Of a stretch of DNA of 64,000 bases, positions 56,578-64,000 are shown piece by piece. Positions within the stretch are counted from its first letter, which is position 1. Each line of letters begins with the position of its first letter. A program made the translations under genes and the position numbers. The DNA comes from Phyllosticta citribraziliensis (taxonomy: Eukaryota), in contig NW_027117339.1 of the NCBI RefSeq assembly GCF_038025025.1, positions 1,984,001 through 2,048,000 of the forward strand, given 5' to 3'. Under the pieces are notes generated by a model that worked only from the letters and a program-made list of their open reading frames with translations, was not told the DNA's origin and did not search any database.

Positions 56578-59500
56578 TCAAAGCACCAGCCACTTTTCGG
56601 TTACTGCTCTTGCGCCGCGGAGCTCTTCGGCCAGCGAGAGTATGATCTGGATGGAAAAGGCCGCATCTGCTGCGAAGTCATCCACGACGCTGCCTCGGGA
56701 CTTCGTTGCATTCTCCTTGCGCACATCGTCGCTCAACGCCAAAACCTTTTCGTAGCTCGGAAGGGCCAGATGCACCAAGCCCAAAGTATGCCAGACTCGT
56801 GCCACGTTGAACTCGGCTTCCTGGGCGAGCGAAGCAACATTCTCCTCAGTCCTCAACTTGTAGTATTGATGGAGAAATGCGAGACCTTGCTGAATTTGGT
56901 ATTGTCGATTTTCTGATTGCCGCTTCATCGCATGCTGGATGTAGGCTATAGCAATTGAAAAATTGAGCACGGGATCCTCTGGGGTGATACTGTATGCGCG
57001 GAAGTAGTAGTTGAGTGCGTTCAGATATGTTCCGCCGCTAGCCAGAATATGGCCATACATGGCCAACAGGGCGACGTTGACTTCGCTGATGCCTTCGGGA
57101 TTGCCGTCGTTTTGGCCCCCTCTTGTGTACCCCGAACGTTCCTGATCGCCGAATTTGTACTTCTTGCGGGAAGCTTCATCAAGAAGGGCGAAGTCCATTG
57201 CTTTTATGAGGCGCAATATGAATTTCTGGGAGGGTCCAGCGTTGTACCACGTCCTGTGTCCGGTATAGAGACGATTGATTATTCCAAAAAGTCGGTACGC
57301 ATCATTTGCATAAGGATGCCGTTTTATGAGGTAACGACAAGCGTTGCAGAGGTGCTCTTCGTCTCGTAGAAGGAGGGCGCATGCTACTCGAATCGTTAGC
57401 AACCACGTTTTCCTTAGCAGTAAGATTTCTTACCCATCCAGGTGATGTGGATCTTATATTCGCGCTCAGGGTCATGATGGAAGACATTCGCCAAAGCAGC
57501 TCCCTCGAGAACTGACCAGCAGCGCCCATTGATGCCCTTCTTTGCCAGTAAAAGGGCATGCTGGCAGAAGATATCCAGCCAAGCGTCAAATGGGATGTCA
57601 TGGAAGTCCCCAGGAATTGTCTCAGGATCCGGCTGCTGGTCAGGTGGAACTAGAACCGGACTTAGCAACAACTTCAGCACGTCAACAAAGGACGAGCAAC
57701 ATTTACCTTCTGCCGCACCTGCTCTGTTTGAAACAGTCGCAAGGTAAGCGAGCGAGGACTCTTTCATTCTTCCCGAACGTCCAAAGTAACCTCCAAACTT
57801 GACATGTTTATCTCGACGGGGGTAGAATGCCTCCATTCTCCGGAATTCGTCCACCATCTCGCTCGCCGCATCCATGTAGGCCTCGATTGCCTCTGGGTTG
57901 CCGTCATCGACGCCTGCCTGGAGCGACTTCAACTCCGCAAACAACTCCCGTATCAGCCGGTCGCGCTCCTGAGCCTCCTCTAGCTTCTCAACCTGAGAGT
58001 CCAGAAGACCGCGTAGTCTTCTCCGGGGCCCCTCTGGCTCCTTGGGCTTTCGAGATTTCGACCTGATCTTTTTCGGCTCTTGAGATTGAAGTGTAGTAGG
58101 TTTAGGCTGCCCATCGAACTCGCGAGATGCGGGCTTTGGCATCAAAGGCTGTAATTTTCGGGCTGGGGGTAGTCTGGCTTGAGCCGATCTTATGTTCTGT
58201 GGCAGTTGAACCTTGATCTTCGCCTTTTTGACCAAGTCTGCACCTCCTCGTTGGATGACATCTCTTGCAATATCCTCGCACCTCTCCATCATTCCCCACT
58301 CTTGAAAGAAGCGAGCCACTTGCAAGCGAGACGACAAATTTTGACCAGCGATATCCAGCGCCTCATTAATCTGCTGTTCAGCTTCGTCTGTCTTTTCCAT
58401 GGCGAAGTAGCAGGCAGCGATCGATATACGGAGTGCCGTCTGAGGCACCTCTGGAATCCTCTTGAGAGCTTTGTAATAACGCAGGGCTTCGGCATGACAT
58501 CCTGCGATCGTAAGAGCGTCGGCAACATCTCTGAAAAGGTCATCGAAGTCAAGCACAGTTGCCGTGTCAGAGACATCTTCTGGTTCAAGGTGTTGAAAAT
58601 GAGCCTGATCGACATGTTAGCCTGGGGCTTGCTGAGCTCTCCAACGAAGTACGACTTGCCTGAGCTTCCTCTTGATTGCCTAGCCCGAGCCGGAACAGAC
58701 CAAGCTTGACCCTAATTTCCAGAGGAAGACCGACCCCATAGGCATCGTGTGGAAAACGTTCTTGCACAAAGCCATCCATTTGCACTCTGCGCGGTTCGTC
58801 ATTGATATCCCACTCTCGATCATCTTCAAACTGATCCCAGAAGGACTCGTCTTGTCGTCCAACGATGTACCTGGCCGTGGATTTGAGGAGAGGAATGGCC
58901 TCCTCGTAGCGCTTTAGAGTTGACATGAGCTCCAAGTAGCTATTGAGGCTTTGCCAGTCGAGCTGGCTGCTGTCTTCCCCGGAAGCCGTCAAATGGTGAC
59001 GAATCGCCTTTTCGAAAGGTTCAACGGCCCTCGCTGGTTCTCGAGTGACAGCACAAAGTTCTGCAAGCTGCTGGATGCGGTCTAGATCATACTGGTGGCC
59101 TTCAATCTTCAACATCATCTCCAGCTCCAATTTTGCCTGCCCCTTATGGTCGAATCTGAGCTGAAAGTCCAGTCTTTGACAGCGAGCTTCCCAGTCACTG
59201 TTATCAAGACGGATGACTTGACTGTAGCATCGATGCGCCCACTCAAGGCGGGCTCTTTCGTCGATATCCAACTCGAGGACCCGGGTCGCGATTTTGTGCC
59301 AAAGGGCAGCATCTCGTTGGAGAACAGCCCCCATAGAGAGTACGTTGACGGATTCTTCGAGTTGGCCCTTGGCATACAAGATCTCGGAAAGCAGGTTGTA
59401 GGCGGCAAAGACCTCCGGATTGATTTTGATGGCTTCGCCCGCTGCCTTCTGGGCAGTTTCGAGGTCTTGGCGAATCCAGGCCTGGGTGGCTTCGGACAGT

Positions 59501-60177
59501 ATTTTCTTGAAGACCGGTCCAGGATCTTTTGCTTCACGCGGCCCTCGCCTTCCCTTCCGGGGAGCTCCTCTTGCATCGCCATCTCCTCGCCTTCTACTGC
59601 CGCGAGGACGACCTCTGCCACGACCCCGCCCACGGCCACGGCTTGTACCTCTTCCTCGCCCACGGCCCCTCTTGCGGACCGGTTCCTGGTCGTAGTCGGA
59701 ACCAGAGTCAAGATCGGGCTCTGACCCACGATCTGGCTCCAGGTCGCCGTCTGACATGGAGTAGTCGGGATCAAGTGCATAATCAGGAAGGTCGGGCAAA
59801 TCGGAGTGAAGGACAAGTTCATCGTTCATCATCACGTCATCGTCCCCGTCCACCTCTTCTCCTTCGGAATCAAACATGATTTCGTCATCGGCGTCAGCAG
59901 CCCATGGTGTAGAAACCCCGGAATGGTCATGTGAGTTGGTGTCCATGTCGTGCCCAAAGTGCGCGTTCTGGGCCGCAGGAATGAAACCCTCGTGGACGAT
60001 GGGTCCCTGACCATAGTAGCCTGATTCAGCTTGGTAGTGGGGCTCATGTTGATCGTGGGGTGGGTAGCCGTTCATGTTGACGGCGTTGAACATGGCCGCA
60101 AATGGGTTGTCGTGCAGACCATGATGAAACTGGTCGGGTTGGTCCTGTTCATAGTATTCCTGCGAGTAGTCGTCCAT
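56578..60177 (-). CDS. TFC4: TFIIIC TPR subunit Tfc4/tau131
   Basis: Introns 58605-58659 (GC-AG), 57650-57706 and 57384-57433. Acidic N-terminus, TPR repeats, LPLEIRVKLG, NALNYYFRAY, AMKRQSENRQYQIQQGLAFL, QEAEFNVAR and KWLVL*. Confidence 0.93.
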
Positions 60178-60866
60178 GGCCGGCTACACGGGCGCTCCGA
60201 GCCCGTGCCAGAGAGACTTTGGATCGAAACGGCGTGGAACGAGGTTCGGTGGCAGTAGAATTGGGGGTCTTTGTTGTGCGGTGGAATTGATTGAGGAAAG
60301 GCAGAAATACCGTTAGGGAACCATGCCCTGGCGCACTGGCTGCGCGAGTCAGACTAGCGCACAGACCACATCTCAACTCTGAGGGTCCGTACCGCCATAG
60401 ACGCATGTTTACAGGGGACCACAACTTCATGTTGTATGTGCGTGCTTTGAAGAGCGAGCATGGACACTTCTGGACCATCTTTTTCACTGCCAGCAATTCA
60501 CCTCACCAAGGGCAGATTATCTCCTACTTTCTGAGTCTACACACCTAAATTCTCCTTGCGCGTTGACGTTAGTTTGGCGCAGCACCGTCACTCAACGCCA
60601 TCCATGTCCGTTGCCGAATACCATGCTTAAAAGAAGGATCTCATAGTATTACAATCCCCCCCAAATGGAGATAGCCGTGCAGGAACAAGATTCCAACGTA
60701 GTCTGGAATTAAGAAAGTGACAGGGGCGTGTCTTTGAATAGAAGTGGTCAAGGCATACAAAGGAAAAGGCCTCCGTCTGAGTGTGAAAACCAAGCTAATT
60801 TACATTGATCAAACCTGTGGTATCTATCCAGCAGACCCAACGCCGCCAATGCATAGAAAGTATATT

Positions 60867-61545
60867 CTAGACGCTCTCATCGGCCTCCTGTATGGGAATC
60901 ATTTCATACTGGCCCCTCGCTCGCCCTCTCCCTCTCCCGAAAGAAGTGTTCCCATCTTCTTGGATACCATCTTGTACCGTGGCTGCCTTATTTCTTGATC
61001 TGTTTGGACCGCCGCCGCCACCAAAGTTGATAGGACGCAGCTCCCTCCATTGACAGCTCCAGATACCTAAAAAGGTCATCAGGCCAGCGCTCGCAAGCTG
61101 CACCGCCCACCAAAGCCAGTGGGAGGGTATGGAGTGGGAGTAAAGGGACGTGACGAGCAGGTGGATAAAGTGTATTGTCAAAGCGAAGTCGGGGATCAGC
61201 TTTGAGCGCGCGACAAGGAGAAGGAGGTATATCACGCTAAAGACAGCAAAAAGTCAGCATTTGATACCGAGAAATGAGCTCGTGGGAGCGACGATACCAG
61301 ATCAGACTGTTGAGCATCCACACCAGCCCCAGCATCCACCCGACGGTGACGTCGCCACGCACGCTGCGCCAGCTCAGCAACAAGTCGAGGTTGACATCCT
61401 TTCCAGCGACCAGGGCCGTGAAGATGATCAGAATGGCGGCGGAAACGTAGTAGGCCAGTTGCAGCAAGAGGATTTGGGTGAGGATGCGCAGCGGCGCGAC
61501 ATCAGCAAGAGCGCCGGGACGAGGGGGCCTTCGACGGCGAGGCAT
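60867..61545 (-). CDS. SYS1: Golgi membrane protein Sys1
   Basis: Intron 61237-61297. MPRRRRPPR...PLRILTQILLLQLAYY, RSKLIPDFALTIHFIHL and CQWRELRPI. Confidence 0.92.
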
Positions 61546-61851
61546 CAACCCTGTGTGTCGCAAGATTACACAGCTTTCATCGGACGACCGAGGCGAGGCG
61601 AGGGACAACAATTAGGGAAGAAGACAGACAAAGGTGTTGCAGGAGTTCGGAGAGGCTACCACAACGCCTGGGAATGGGCGAGTTGCGAGGGCTTGGGTCC
61701 CGTGGCTTGGCGCGTGGCGGGTGTACCTCACTCACTACTTAGTCAGCATGAACCAGCCCGGCCATTCAGTCCGAGTCGTCATCGTCTGGACAATTCCATC
61801 AGCAACGATTCATTCCCCCGTCTCGACGTCGACATCTCCAAATACATCGCC

Positions 61852-62247
61852 ATGGGCTGGTTCTCTTCCGACTCCCAATCTCCAAAACCAAAGGCTTCAT
61901 CCGATGGCGCATTCGAAGCCCCCGATCGCACCCAACGCGCCCAATGCTGGGCTGCCCGCGATGCATTCAATGCCTGCCTCGACAAGCACAATATCATCGA
62001 CAGCATTGGCCAAAAGGACAAGGCAGCAGCGCATTGCGGCAAGGAGGACCAGATGTTTGTCCAAAATTGCGCGAGCAGCTGGGTAAGTCGGAATGAGCTG
62101 TCACAAAACAGGTGGTACAAGAACATAAGCTGATACCGGCTCGGGGGAACGATGCAGGTGCAATATTTTAAAAAGCGACGAGTTGTTGAGTACAAGAAAG
62201 AGCAACAGTTGAAACAGCTCGAGGCAGAGGGCGCGAAGCCCATGTAG
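61852..62247 (+). CDS. COA6: Cytochrome c oxidase assembly factor Coa6 (COX6B-like)
   Basis: Intron 62083-62157. APDRTQRAQCWAARDAFNACLD...C-x10-CASSWVQYFKKRR. Confidence 0.92.
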
Positions 62248-62819
62248 CGAGGCCCTAGCGCAACTTGACTTTGAGTTATCGCAAGACGAAGATGAATTAC
62301 GGGCAAAACAAACGAGACGAAAGAAAAAGATTTCGCGGAGGTTTCCTGGCCCCAAGTGCATCGTTAGACGGCAAACCTTGCAAAATTATGATTTGAGGAA
62401 GTGCGATGGGCACAGGAAGGCGGAAGACTGCGTATTTGCGCGCCTAAGGGACGACGCTGAAGCATGGCAAAAGTCGCGCCACCAGCTTCGGTCGGCTTCA
62501 TGGCATGGCATCCACCTGCCGTGGTGGAATGCAGCTCGCCGTGGTGTTGGGACGCGTGGTTGCGGCCACTATCTTTCCCAGCAAATACGTTGGCCCAAAC
62601 ACTTCCTTTGACATGACGCCAGGCTTGCTCACGGATCCCTGGCTGAAGACTGATCGCGACTTGGGCCTCGCCGTACCCCTCATACTGGTGCTAAAATCAA
62701 GTGCTCAACAAGAAAGGTAGACACCCGGAGGAAAAGAGACAGCAAATGCAGGATGTACGTTCTTCAAGGGATGCCGATTCGCACTGGACTCTCACCACGT
62801 TGATTTGGTGCCATACTTC

Positions 62820-62822
<3 letters not shown>

Positions 62823-62855
<33 letters not shown>
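62823..62855. repeat. C33 homopolymer
   Basis: Seen directly; the length may be unreliable in the assembly. Confidence 0.9.
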
Positions 62856-63419
62856 TACGCTCATTCGATTGTTGACCGGTCGCGAGGAAGGTCCTACAGG
62901 AAGGTTCTCGACATTCTGCTACCTGCAAAATCAGAGCAGGGAACTACGGGGTTGTACATACCGCAAACCGAGACTCGTTGTAACAAGTGGGGCGACCAGG
63001 TCATGTTTGGGATTATGCGATGCGCCTGCAGGCGCTTCCAGGGATCATCTCCACTACATCAAGGCGATGAATGACTGTCAACTGCACACCTCAGCAACAA
63101 GCCAGATCCATGTTTCACACCAAATCCTTGGCCCTTGCGTCCAGAGTCTAGACAAAGGGATTCTACGAAGCATGCTCTCAACCCGCACTGAGGTTGCAGC
63201 CCTACCGATCAATCAACGCCATTCACGTTTCAATTGCTGAAACAGATGGTTCTGCCTGGAAACTCGAATTCCACTACTGGCTGAAGGGATTCGAAAGGTG
63301 TATATACAAGAATTGGCACGAGAAGTGAAGGCAAGAAAAGTTGGAAAATTCGTGACTCTGCTAGAAGACAAGGTCTTTGGAACCAAATAGACCGCAGTTC
63401 GTTGCCGATGCGTCGGCCT

Positions 63420-64000
63420 TTACCGATATGCTGTCCTGAAAACGTTGGATGGGTCAAACTCTCGCCTAAAGATTTCATATTCCGTCGGCCCCCCCTTTGT
63501 GTTCCCTGGCTGGTTGGTCTCTACTGCGAAGACGACGTTGTGGAAGGCCCCCTGGAATTCCTTCTCCTGAAAGAGTAGCATTTTCCACATCTTGGCAACT
63601 TCTGCAGCGGGATTCCTGAAGATCGGACCAACACCGAATGCTCCCAGGCAAATGTTGCGATGACCCCACGCAAAGGCGATGCGGAGGACTGTGCGCATCT
63701 TCTCGAGCATCAATTCCCTTTCTTGCTCAAAAGAGTAACGCTGGCCGGATTCGTCGAGCTTCGGACGACGCACCGGGGCAACGGATATGACGGGCAGAGG
63801 TCTGAATTCTCTCCAAACTTGATAGCTGTCCGGGCCATCTCGGAAAACGACTACAGGTACCAAGTTACTATACGCCGCAACATGGACTCGTCAAGGTTGA
63901 CGTACCGACTGAGGGAGAGTACATTCCACCTGTTTGAGGTACAGGATAGTGTGAGCTGGTCCCCGAGTATGCCGACCAAGGGGTCACCAGACTGTGCACA
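63420..64000 (-). CDS. DUF2263/TIGR02452 microbial PARG-like macrodomain protein, C-terminal part (5' end outside the window)
   Basis: Intron 63851-63905 gives GGMYSPSVVVFR...LPVISVAPVRRP...EKMRTVLRIA...LGAFGVGPIFRNP...VVFAV. Confidence 0.8.

Noticed and set aside
61150..61851. Long upstream in-frame extension of COA6
   Set aside because: Antisense to SYS1 and crossing the promoter; Coa6 similarity starts at MGWFSS.
1..64000. CRISPR arrays, rRNA genes, intact transposons, secondary-metabolite cluster, TGA-CTA readthrough stops
   Set aside because: None seen by eye. The many nuclear-machinery genes belong to unrelated complexes and do not form a functional cluster.

Overview
Gene-dense, intron-containing eukaryotic DNA from a filamentous ascomycete (Pezizomycotina; class not determined). 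It has short GT-AG introns with CTRAC branch points. Manual splicing supports about 25 protein-coding genes, mostly conserved housekeeping or nuclear genes: TAF8-like (partial), SOM1, XRCC2-like, MRM1, MIT1-like remodeler, CCCH protein, ORM1, IEC3, kelch-repeat membrane protein, MOT1 molybdate transporter, candidate Nse5, GLN1, PY-motif membrane protein, TFB5, RACK1/CPC2, ECH1, MED1, NDUFAF2-like, calponin, TFC4, SYS1, COA6 and a partial DUF2263/PARG-like gene. A U24/snR24 snoRNA lies in a RACK1 intron. The most unusual stretch is an accessory-looking interval at about 51.9-56.5 kb. It holds an acidic orphan ORF, a stand-alone copia Gag-like ORF bracketed by a 28-bp perfect direct repeat, and a four-exon class II hydrophobin that no single ORF in the track captures. 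Three of roughly 40 inferred introns appear to use GC donors, and the snoRNA's D-box guide looks degenerate. I found no clear novel multi-gene system. All family calls rest on recalled motifs, not database searches.
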